Origin: Anaerohalosphaeraceae bacterium
GTDB taxonomy: Bacteria; Planctomycetota; Phycisphaerae; Sedimentisphaerales; Anaerohalosphaeraceae
Direction: 5' to 3'
Assembly: GCA_963675525.2 (NCBI GenBank)
Contig: CAXXSL010000011.1
Coordinates: 288,001 to 352,000, forward strand
DNA: 64,000 nucleotides
Shown in pieces: positions 29,959 through 38,708 of this stretch. A program made the translations under genes and the position numbers. Each line of letters opens with the position of its first letter. The first letter of the stretch is position 1. The notes beneath the pieces were generated by a model. That model ran no database searches, was not told the origin of the DNA, and worked only from the letters and a program-made list of their open reading frames with translations.

Positions 29959-30183
29959 ATGGCAAAGAAAAAAGCAGCAAAGAAAAAAGCAGCAAAGAAA
30001 GGCAGCAAGAAGGAAGTGCTGGTCGTTGCCAGCAAAGTCAAGGCGTATGTTAAGAGCAAAGGGATGATGAGTTCTTCTGATGCAATCGCTGCTCTCAATG
30101 ACAGCGTTTATGCTCTGCTGGATGCGGCCATTAATCGCACGAAAAATAACCGCCGCAGCACCGTGAAGCCTCAGGACCTGTAA
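29959..30183 (+). CDS. Bacterial histone-fold protein with Lys/Ala-rich N-terminal tail
   Basis: GGAGG RBS. Core EVLVVASKVKAYVKSKGMMSSSDAIAALNDSVYALLDAAINRTKNNRRSTVKPQDL carries the histone RxTxxxxD motif; tail MAKKKAAKKKAAKKGSKK. Confidence 0.9.
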   Translation: MAKKKAAKKKAAKKGSKKEVLVVASKVKAYVKSKGMMSSSDAIAALNDSVYALLDAAINRTKNNRRSTVKPQDL

Positions 30184-30224
30184 GACAAGTCCTCCGCCAT
30201 TCACGACGGCAAAAAGTGCATTTA

Positions 30225-30258
30225 GGACCGCCTTCCGGTAAAGGAGGTGGTCTTTTTT
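30225..30258 (+). terminator. Intrinsic terminator after the histone gene
   Basis: GACCGCCTTCC-GGTAAA-GGAGGTGGTC followed by a T run. Confidence 0.7.
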
Positions 30259-30470
30259 ATCAAAATTATCGATATTTCCTCTGTATTTATCCTTGCATGA
30301 AAGCAATGATCTGCTTTATAATTATTTCTTTAAAGTTTTCTGTAGACGGCTCGGTAGAGTATTTTTATAATTGGTAACTGAAAAAGAGATTGATTTTTCA
30401 AGCCGAAAGACAGTAAAATGGAATTTGACTGTTCGGAATACATGGGTTTTATACTGGTTGGGAGCTTACA

Positions 30471-31832
30471 ATGAGAGTCTTCATGCTTGGATGGGAATTC
30501 CCCCCATATATCAGCGGTGGTCTGGGCACTGCGTGCTATGGTCTGACCAAGGCAATGGACGACTTGGGTGTTAACATTTCCTTCGTGATCCCAAAACCGA
30601 TGGAAGACAATCAACAGTCGCATGTCAAAATGCTCAGTCCGCTTCAATGTAAAACATTGAACAAGGAGGGTAAGGCTGTTCAGGAGATCGAATCGATCGA
30701 GGACCTCAAACACACCACATTCCATGGAATCCCCTCCCTGCTAAAACCCTACGAATCACCGGAGTTTTATCAGCAAAAAATAGAAAGCATTATTCGTCAG
30801 CGGACAGCCCAATATATCCATGACGCGGGGGGGAAAACCGCTCTGGATGAATGGCTGCACCTGACTTCCAACACGCCGGCCGCGTCTCTGATGGAGGGGC
30901 ACTACGGCGGAGATATGTATTCCGAAGTCCATCGCTACGCCGCCGCAGCGGTCAGGCTGGCCATTCAGGAAGATTTTGACGTAATTCATGCCCACGACTG
31001 GATGACCTATCCCGCGGGCATTGCCGTGGCCGCTATTTCCGGCAAGCCCCTTGTCGTACACGTTCACTCCACGGAATTTGACCGCAGCGGCGAAAATGTA
31101 AATCAAATGATTTACGATATCGAAAAACGAGGGATGCACGCCGCCACCAAAATTATTGCCGTCAGCTATTTGACACGCAATATCATTATGAGCCGATATG
31201 GCATATTGGGCGAAAAAGTCGAGGTGGTTTATAACGGCGTTGAGCAAAACGGTAACAACCGGATGGCGTTTAACAAAGTTGGTATCCGCAGTGATGAAAA
31301 AATCGTGCTGTTCCTCGGCCGGATCACCATGCAGAAAGGCCCAGAATATTTCCTCATGGCCGCTCGTAAGGTAATTGAAGAGATCGACAACGTTAAATTT
31401 GTCATGGCCGGAACCGGGGACATGATGCACCGCGTCATTGAAATGGCCGCACAAATGGGGATCGGCCATAAGGTTCTGTTCACCGGCTTTCTGCACGGCG
31501 AAGACGTTCAAAAAGTCTATCAAATGGCGGACATGTACGTCATGCCGTCCGTTTCGGAGCCTTTTGGAATCGCTCCGCTCGAAGCCCTGAATTATGACGT
31601 TCCGGTGTTGATCAGCAAACAAAGCGGCGTCGCCGAAGTGCTTACTCACGTCCTGAAAGTGGATTTTTGGGATGTGAACGAAATGGCTAACAAGATCATC
31701 GCGGTCCTTAAATACCCGCCCTTGCAGTTAACACTCCGCGAACATGGTAATTTTGAGGTTCGCCGGTTACGCTGGTCCGGGGCCGCAGAAAAATGCCTGC
31801 GGATCTACCAGGAAATGATGCAGCATGTGTAA
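30471..31832 (+). CDS. GT4-family glycosyltransferase (glycogen/alpha-glucan synthase type)
   Basis: MLGWEFPPYISGGLG, HAHDW, PSVSEPFGIAPLEA. Confidence 0.9.
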   Translation: MRVFMLGWEFPPYISGGLGTACYGLTKAMDDLGVNISFVIPKPMEDNQQSHVKMLSPLQCKTLNKEGKAVQEIESIEDLKHTTFHGIPSLLKPYESPEFYQQKIESIIRQRTAQYIHDAGGKTALDEWLHLTSNTPAASLMEGHYGGDMYSEVHRYAAAAVRLAIQEDFDVIHAHDWMTYPAGIAVAAISGKPLVVHVHSTEFDRSGENVNQMIYDIEKRGMHAATKIIAVSYLTRNIIMSRYGILGEKVEVVYNGVEQNGNNRMAFNKVGIRSDEKIVLFLGRITMQKGPEYFLMAARKVIEEIDNVKFVMAGTGDMMHRVIEMAAQMGIGHKVLFTGFLHGEDVQKVYQMADMYVMPSVSEPFGIAPLEALNYDVPVLISKQSGVAEVLTHVLKVDFWDVNEMANKIIAVLKYPPLQLTLREHGNFEVRRLRWSGAAEKCLRIYQEMMQHV

Positions 31833-31871
31833 AATCGCTTGTGAATATACTTCTTTCGATAGGGGGTGCTA

Positions 31872-33089
31872 ATGCCATCAGTATGTTTTTATTTTCAGGT
31901 TCATCAGCCATTCCGTCTTCGGCACTACACGGTTTTTGACCACACACCCCGGTATTTTGATGAGTTCAAAAATGCCTCCATCTGTCGAAAAGTTGCCAAT
32001 AAGTGTTATTTGCCCTCCAATCGCCTCCTTTTAGACACCATCCGTCGATATGAGGGACGGTTTAAGGTTGCCTTCAGCATCACCGGCGTCATCATGGAGC
32101 AGTTTCAAAAATATTGCCCCGAGGTCATGAGTACATTTGACGCCTTAGCTCAAACCGGATGTGTTGAATTCCTGGCAGAAACCTATTATCACAGCCTGAG
32201 CTTTTTATATTCCCATGACGAGTTTATTGAACAGGTCAATAAACACAGAGAACTGATCAGCAGATTATACGGCCAGCAGCCTCGTGTCTTTCGCAATACG
32301 GAGTTGATCTATAACAATGCACTGGCCGAGACAATCGAAAAAACAGGCTGGTTCGACGCCATCATCACCGAAGGCGCCGATCATGTTCTGGGCTACCGTA
32401 ACAGTAATTTTGTCTATCGCCCGCCAAATTGCCAGCGGCTCAAACTGCTATTGAAAAATTATTCGCTCAGTGATGATATCGCCTTTCGCTTCAGTAATCG
32501 AGGATGGGCCGAATACCCGCTGATGGCCGATAAATTCGCTCAGTGGATCAACCGTGTCAACGGCAACGGTCAATGCGTCAACCTGTTTATGGACTATGAA
32601 ACGTTCGGTGAGCACCAATGGGAGGATACCGGGATTTTCGATTTCATGTATCATCTCCCCGAAGAACTCCTCAAGCACCCGGACAATAATTTTATGACAC
32701 CCGGCGAACTCGCTGAAACCTATGAGTCGGTCGACACGGTCGATATCCCGCATATTATCAGTTGGGCCGACACCGAGCGGGATCTTTCCGCTTGGCTGGG
32801 CAATGCCATGCAGTCTAATGCACTGCATGAAATTTACAAAATCGAGAAACTCATCAAGCAAACTCGAAACGAAGAACTGATTGCCGATTGGCGGCGGATG
32901 CAGACGTCCGACCACTTTTATTATATGTGTACGAAATACTTCGCTGACGGCGATGTCCATAAATACTTCAACCCATACGAATCCCCTTATGATTCTTACA
33001 TCAATTTCATGAATGTTTTAAGTAATCTCCGGGAACGCTGTAATCAATCGTTTCTCAAAAACGAACGGCCTTTGGGAAAAACATCTTAA
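31872..33089 (+). CDS. GH57 alpha-amylase-like protein
   Basis: FQVHQP, ETYYHSL, FRNTELIY, FMDYETFGEH, SWADTERD. Confidence 0.92.
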   Translation: MPSVCFYFQVHQPFRLRHYTVFDHTPRYFDEFKNASICRKVANKCYLPSNRLLLDTIRRYEGRFKVAFSITGVIMEQFQKYCPEVMSTFDALAQTGCVEFLAETYYHSLSFLYSHDEFIEQVNKHRELISRLYGQQPRVFRNTELIYNNALAETIEKTGWFDAIITEGADHVLGYRNSNFVYRPPNCQRLKLLLKNYSLSDDIAFRFSNRGWAEYPLMADKFAQWINRVNGNGQCVNLFMDYETFGEHQWEDTGIFDFMYHLPEELLKHPDNNFMTPGELAETYESVDTVDIPHIISWADTERDLSAWLGNAMQSNALHEIYKIEKLIKQTRNEELIADWRRMQTSDHFYYMCTKYFADGDVHKYFNPYESPYDSYINFMNVLSNLRERCNQSFLKNERPLGKTS

Positions 33090-33125
33090 TTTCGACATGG
33101 GTTCACGGTTCAACAGGGATAAAGA

Positions 33126-35144
33126 ATGCTGACACAGAAAGATTCGGATAGCACAGCCATCGCCGTTTCGATACAAGGCAAGCCGATAGATTCATTGCTG
33201 GATAAGGAATGGTTGCTGACGAACAGCCGCGGCGGATTTGCTTCCGGAACGGTTGTCGGGTGTAACACCCGGCGTTATCACGGACTGCTGATAGGCACGC
33301 ATGCTCCTCCTGCCAATCGAATTGCCGCGTTTTCCAACTGTCTCGATACGATTACCTGCCAGGATCGTGCCTTTTCGCCCAGTTGTTTCGAATTTGATCA
33401 CACCCTTCATCCGACGGGTTATAAACATCTTCTCGAATTTCGCAAAGGCCTCGGTGTTCATTTTGAATACGACCTTGACGTTACCAATCTGACCAAATCG
33501 ATCTATCTGCTGCCAGACAGCGATATCGTTGCGGTGGTTTATGAGTTCTCCGATGTCAGAAGGGTCTTTGATTTTTCCGTTCGTCCGTTTGCGGCAATGC
33601 GGGACTTCCATGCCTTGCAGTATTCCAGCACCCCCCTGAATTCCGTCTGGGATGAATACATCTTATCTGTCTCCGGCCAGGATGCCGGTTTAGGGCAATT
33701 GGCATTTCGATGCGAATCGATGCGTTTCGAGCAGCAACCCCAGTGGTGGCACCATTTTCTTTACCGGGCCGAACGCCAGCGAGGACAGGAGTGTTTTGAA
33801 GACCTTTGGTCCCCCGGGCAATATAAATGTACCGTTGACGGGCCTCAGCGAATAATTCTCTGGGCGGGGCTTTTCGAAGACGAACGGAGTCGACAGATCA
33901 TCGGCGAAATGGACCTGGAAACTGCCATCGATGCGATCGCTCTCAACGAAAAGGAGCAACTGGCCAATGCTATCTCGGCGGACCCTGTCACCCAGAAACT
34001 AACTCTGGCAGCCGGACAATTTGTCATCGAACGAAAGATCAAAGATGAAGTTACACCAACAATTCTGGCGGGTTATCCCTGGTTTTTGGACTGGGGGCGC
34101 GATACGTTTATCTCCCTTGAAGGAATTTGCTTGTCCACGGGCCACTATGACATCGCCTGGGGAGTACTGAAAACCTTTGCCAAAGCTGTCAGCGAGGGCA
34201 TGATCCCGAACCGCTTCGATGACTACGGCAATGAACCACACTATAACAGCATCGATGCATCGCTGTGGTTTGTTCATGCCGCCTTCCAATACTTAAAAGT
34301 GACCGGAGACCAGCAAAATTTCTGCGTTAAACTCCTGCCCGCCGTAAAGTGGATCATGGATTCCTATCGAAAAGGCACACGATTCGGAATCCATGCCGAC
34401 AAAGACAAACTCATCACCGGCGGCGACATCGATACTCAGTTGACATGGATGGATGCCAAGCACGGCGGAATCACATTTACACCACGCTATGGAAAAGCAA
34501 TCGAGATCAACGCCCTCTGGTACAGTAATCTGTGCCATTTGGCAGAATTCTACCGCAATAAGGATGGCGATGACCAGCACTTTTACCGTGAAACCTCCGA
34601 GCAGGTTCGGCTCAGTTTTCAGGAATTGTTCTGGAATGAGTCAAAGGGGTATCTGAACGATTGTATCCTCCCCACAGGAAAAGCCGATACAAGCCTTCGC
34701 CCCAATCAGATATTCGCCGTTTCGCTGCCGTTTACACCGCTGAATATCAGTCAGGCCAAAAAGGTCGTGGATATCATCGAAAAAGAACTCTTAACACCCT
34801 ACGGCCTGCGGTCACTGAGTCCCAGTGATCCGCGGTATAAATCACACTGTACCGGTTCCATGGCCCAGCGAGATGCCGCCTATCATCAGGGAACGGTTTG
34901 GGGGTGGCTGATCGGCCCCTTCGTGCAGGCCTACCTGAAAACCCACGGCTCCAGCCCAATAACCAACCGCAGTTGCAGAGGATTTCTCAACCCGCTGATA
35001 CAGCATTTAGAACAGGACGGTTGCCTTGGCAGTATCTCCGAGATATTCGACGGCGAAAAACCCCATCGTCCCCGCGGCACCTTCGCACAGGCCTGGTCGG
35101 TCGCCGAGGTCTTGCGCACATGGAAAATGGTCCAGGACAAGTAA
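33126..35144 (+). CDS. Glycogen debranching enzyme (amylo-alpha-1,6-glucosidase)
   Basis: EWLLTN..GGFASGT, AGYPWF.DWGRDT, TWMDA, RPNQ, AYHQGTVW, AQAWSVAE. Confidence 0.93.
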   Translation: MLTQKDSDSTAIAVSIQGKPIDSLLDKEWLLTNSRGGFASGTVVGCNTRRYHGLLIGTHAPPANRIAAFSNCLDTITCQDRAFSPSCFEFDHTLHPTGYKHLLEFRKGLGVHFEYDLDVTNLTKSIYLLPDSDIVAVVYEFSDVRRVFDFSVRPFAAMRDFHALQYSSTPLNSVWDEYILSVSGQDAGLGQLAFRCESMRFEQQPQWWHHFLYRAERQRGQECFEDLWSPGQYKCTVDGPQRIILWAGLFEDERSRQIIGEMDLETAIDAIALNEKEQLANAISADPVTQKLTLAAGQFVIERKIKDEVTPTILAGYPWFLDWGRDTFISLEGICLSTGHYDIAWGVLKTFAKAVSEGMIPNRFDDYGNEPHYNSIDASLWFVHAAFQYLKVTGDQQNFCVKLLPAVKWIMDSYRKGTRFGIHADKDKLITGGDIDTQLTWMDAKHGGITFTPRYGKAIEINALWYSNLCHLAEFYRNKDGDDQHFYRETSEQVRLSFQELFWNESKGYLNDCILPTGKADTSLRPNQIFAVSLPFTPLNISQAKKVVDIIEKELLTPYGLRSLSPSDPRYKSHCTGSMAQRDAAYHQGTVWGWLIGPFVQAYLKTHGSSPITNRSCRGFLNPLIQHLEQDGCLGSISEIFDGEKPHRPRGTFAQAWSVAEVLRTWKMVQDK

Positions 35145-35161
35145 CCCCTTACTGGCCACCT

Positions 35162-36028
35162 TTACTGCGTCTTACGGCGAGTCCAGTGCTGACGATCCAT
35201 AAGAATGATAACTTTTTGAAATGTTTCCGGTGTCAACTTTTCCTGCAGCCTGTTTCGTGCCTCTACGACACCGGTTCGGTGAGTCAGATGGGTGATGATA
35301 ATGTGTTCGTTCTCCATCCGCTCCAGCAACGGAGCAAATTCATCGATATGCATATGCTTGCCCGCATCGGCACGCTCGGCATGCTCATCTTCAAAGAAGG
35401 TACACTCCGCGATCAATAGTTTGCTTTGGGACACATAGTCCAGTTGCGAATAGTCCACATACTGCGTATCGCCAAGATAGCTGACAAGTGGTATTTCGAT
35501 GTTGTTTTCGATCGTCACGCCCTGCTTCTTGAGTTTCACGATTTCCGGACCGCTTAAACCAACGTATTCTTCCTTGAGCTTCTTTCGCGTTTCAAGCAGG
35601 GTATAACCGACCGACTGACGAGTGTGCTTGGTTGGAAAAACTCGCGCGATCAAATTCGGCTTAATTCGATATTCATCGCCGGGTTCGGCAGACACAATCT
35701 TGACCGGGATGAAACTACCGTCCAATCGACCCCACGCGTCCAGTATCTGTCGGATGTTCTGAACCGTGTTCGGAGGCGTCAAAACAGTGCCATCGCTCAT
35801 GCCGTTGAACTTTCGATGTGACAGATAATACGCAATTCCCGCAGCATGGTCCATGTGTCCGTGCGTCAGCAGCAGATGGCCGATGGAGATCAACTGATCC
35901 GGGGCCTTACCGATATCAAAACACACATCCAACTGCGGCAGACCGATTACCGTCTCCTCGCCGGCAACCGAGTAACCAAGGATTTCCATGTCGTCAATTT
36001 CAAGTCTTGCTAAATAATGACTGGGCAT
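35162..36028 (-). CDS. MBL-fold metallohydrolase, RNase Z-like
   Basis: THGHMDH, GDT, AECTF, HMH, THL motifs. Confidence 0.8.
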   Translation of the reverse strand: MPSHYLARLEIDDMEILGYSVAGEETVIGLPQLDVCFDIGKAPDQLISIGHLLLTHGHMDHAAGIAYYLSHRKFNGMSDGTVLTPPNTVQNIRQILDAWGRLDGSFIPVKIVSAEPGDEYRIKPNLIARVFPTKHTRQSVGYTLLETRKKLKEEYVGLSGPEIVKLKKQGVTIENNIEIPLVSYLGDTQYVDYSQLDYVSQSKLLIAECTFFEDEHAERADAGKHMHIDEFAPLLERMENEHIIITHLTHRTGVVEARNRLQEKLTPETFQKVIILMDRQHWTRRKTQ

Positions 36029-36170
36029 TTGTTTACCTTTATCTAAACATTTTATCGTAGGTAAAATATTCGCCGCTGTCAATTTTTTTTGAAAACCTAT
36101 AAGGTCCCTACAAGCCAGGAAAGCGGCCATTCATGACAATACTGTTATCCGGAGAAACCTGTGCGCATAA

Positions 36171-36199
36171 GAAAGGCCCTGCCGATGCAGAGCCTTTTC
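36171..36199 (-). terminator. Terminator of the cold-shock gene
   Basis: GAAAGGCCCTGC-CGAT-GCAGAGCCTTTT hairpin. Confidence 0.6.
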
Positions 36200-36220
36200 G
36201 TTTCTTAGCGTGTTGTATGG

Positions 36221-36424
36221 TTAGGCAGGGACCACATTGTTTGCACACGGGCCTTTTTTGCCTTCGCCGACTTCATAGGTGACTTTCTGATTTTCATCGA
36301 GGGTGGCATAGCCTTCCGTCTTAATCTCTGAATGGTGGACGAACAAATCGTTGCCGCCGTCATCCGGAGTGATGAAACCATAACCCTTACTCGCATTGAA
36401 CCACTTTACTGTACCTGTGCTCAC
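36221..36424 (-). CDS. cspA: Cold-shock protein
   Basis: GTVKWFN..KGYGFI, LFVHHS; AAGGAG RBS with a GTG start. Confidence 0.95.
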   Translation of the reverse strand: MSTGTVKWFNASKGYGFITPDDGGNDLFVHHSEIKTEGYATLDENQKVTYEVGEGKKGPCANNVVPA

Positions 36425-36790
36425 TGTTACTACTCCTTGACCTTCTTAGGCCGTTTAACTGTATCTCTCGATTTAAGTTAATTGGAAGAATATTTCTGAG
36501 AGATGAAAAAATATACTTCTTTAAACTGGTAATATTATCGGCAATAAACACATCAAATGCACGAAAAAAAACAAATAAATCCCAGGCTTTTTTTAAAAAA
36601 AACACATTTTTTGTTAAAAAAACGCGTCTTTACTTACTTTTTATGCTGTTTTGTTAGTTCTATAAACTCAAAATCTTTACCGGGCCTCTCTTAAAATGGA
36701 CTAATACATTCGCATATACGTTCGCTCGAATACCTGCAGCGAACGACGACCAGCCCGTCTGCAAACAAGATGTTCTGCTTCAGTAATGCG

Positions 36791-38701
36791 TTATATCTGC
36801 CCATCGCTCTCCGGCGAGGATGATTCACCTGCAGGAACTTCTTCTGCTTCGGAGTTAGGATTGGCGGCATCCTCGGCGGCCTTACGATTTGCTTGTTCCG
36901 CCGCTCTCCTCTGTCTGGCTTCTTCGTCAGCCTTCTTACGGGCCTCTTCTTCGGCCTGACGAGCGGTCTCTTGTGCATTCTTCAACTGCTGCTGAGCCTC
37001 TTGGGCCTGCTGTTGAAGCTGTAGGGCTTTCTGCTCGGCTTTTGTCGACTTTAGTGTCGCCTCATCCGCTTCCTGGCGGGCTTTTTGGGCAGCCTCGATC
37101 GCCTGTTGTTTCTGCTGTTCTAATTGTTCGGCTTTTTCCTTCTCGGTCTGCGTTTGATTCTGGGCAGCTGCCGCTTCTTCGGCCGCTTTTTGGGACTCCT
37201 CAAGAGTCCGTTGAGCCTTTTTCTGCAGGTTCTGAGCCTGCATTTTCAATGCTTTTGCCTTCTCAGCGGCCAGATCAGCCCGCTCTTTTTCAGATTGCGC
37301 CTCCATCTGAGCCTTCTCCAGTTCCAGCTCTGCCTGAACACGTTCTAATTCCGCACCCGTGGCTTCTTTTTCAAGCACATCGGTATAAGCGTCTTTGGCA
37401 AAAGGCCCTATCATCTCGGCCGTCATTCCCTTCTTGTATTCCGGCTCGGCATATTGGTTGCGGATTTGCTCGACCATCTCGCTGTTCTCTATGCCGCCGG
37501 AGGAAATACTCGGCGTCAGGATAAAAATGATCTCCGTCCCTTTTTCTTCAAAATCCTTGCTCGAAAACAGAACGCCCAGAAGCGGCAGGTCTTTCAAAAA
37601 CGGAATCCCCCGAACGACCGAGCGTTTCTCGCTTTTTCGCATGCCGCCGATGATCAGACTTTTCCCCGGCTCAACTCGGTTCTCCTCCACATTGATCGAA
37701 CGCTCGGTAATAATGGCACGCTGAACAACACCCTCCGGCTTGGAACGCGAACCAATCTTAATATCCGTGGTCAAACCGATGGAACCGTCCGAATAGACAT
37801 ACGGCGTCACCGTCAGGGTGTTTTCAACCCAGACATATGTGGTAATGTTATACACACTGCTGCTGCCGGCGTTACCGGTCTTGACTTCCTCGATGGGAGC
37901 ATAGTCCCTGATGGTCACCGTGGCTTTCTGCCCATTGATGGTTTCCAGTTGGGGATTGAGCAGTATTTTCAAATACCCGCGAGACACCAGCACATCCACA
38001 ATCGCCCGTACCTGGTGCCCCTCAACCCCCTGATCGATCCAGTACCCGAAATCAAGTCCGAAATTGGAACGTTCTGCCTCCCGCAGGGAAGCCCCTGGAA
38101 AAGCCGGGGCCAAACCCGTTAATACGCCGTTGTCAAATGTTCCCCGTGCCTCCCCCAATGTCACCTCTTCTCCCAGTAAATTCTCCACCAGAATTGAGGT
38201 TTCCCAGTCCATTGTGATATCTCCAAATCGTTCAAGAATCAAGCAATCAACGTTGACCTGAACGGGAGCGACATCGATCAACTCCAGATACTGCTGAACT
38301 GCATCCGCCTGGGCATCGTCTTTGCAGTAGGCCACCACCTGATTGGTTGCCGGGTTAATCGTGGACTGCACATCCATCTGTTGGGCCACCAGCGCCGCCA
38401 AATCAGCAACAGGATGATGTTTCGCAAAATAAAATACCTTGACCCCGCCTTTGATCGACAATCGCTCGGTCGGCTGCCGATAAACGGCCGGCAAAGGATT
38501 ATCGGTATGCGGACTTTCCCGAACCTGCCCCAACTCTTCAAGGATCGCTTTGGATTCGATCTCAGTTGGTTTTTCAGCAAAAAAATCACCGCAGCCACTG
38601 ATGATCGGCAAAATAAATGCCAATAGAATCAACCGGCTAAACTCTATATATGCTGTTTTTCTTCGTCTCATATACGTCTCAGTTTGGGGCCTGCTCGCCA
38701 T
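36791..38701 (-). CDS. Lipoprotein secretin-domain protein with long Ala/Glu/Gln/Lys coiled-coil tail (paralog 2; start may be 38671)
   Basis: Lipobox ISGC; QVNVDCLILE; SLIIGG...GIPFLKDLPLLGVLFS...EIIFILTP (secretin signature). Confidence 0.8.
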   Translation of the reverse strand: MASRPQTETYMRRRKTAYIEFSRLILLAFILPIISGCGDFFAEKPTEIESKAILEELGQVRESPHTDNPLPAVYRQPTERLSIKGGVKVFYFAKHHPVADLAALVAQQMDVQSTINPATNQVVAYCKDDAQADAVQQYLELIDVAPVQVNVDCLILERFGDITMDWETSILVENLLGEEVTLGEARGTFDNGVLTGLAPAFPGASLREAERSNFGLDFGYWIDQGVEGHQVRAIVDVLVSRGYLKILLNPQLETINGQKATVTIRDYAPIEEVKTGNAGSSSVYNITTYVWVENTLTVTPYVYSDGSIGLTTDIKIGSRSKPEGVVQRAIITERSINVEENRVEPGKSLIIGGMRKSEKRSVVRGIPFLKDLPLLGVLFSSKDFEEKGTEIIFILTPSISSGGIENSEMVEQIRNQYAEPEYKKGMTAEMIGPFAKDAYTDVLEKEATGAELERVQAELELEKAQMEAQSEKERADLAAEKAKALKMQAQNLQKKAQRTLEESQKAAEEAAAAQNQTQTEKEKAEQLEQQKQQAIEAAQKARQEADEATLKSTKAEQKALQLQQQAQEAQQQLKNAQETARQAEEEARKKADEEARQRRAAEQANRKAAEDAANPNSEAEEVPAGESSSPESDGQI

Positions 38702-38708
38702 CAAGTTC

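Noticed and set aside
30756..31649. Long antisense ORFs (297 aa here; also 46383-47195, 37454-38122 and 41402-42025)
   Set aside because: They lie opposite well-supported genes and have no motifs; typical antisense shadows.
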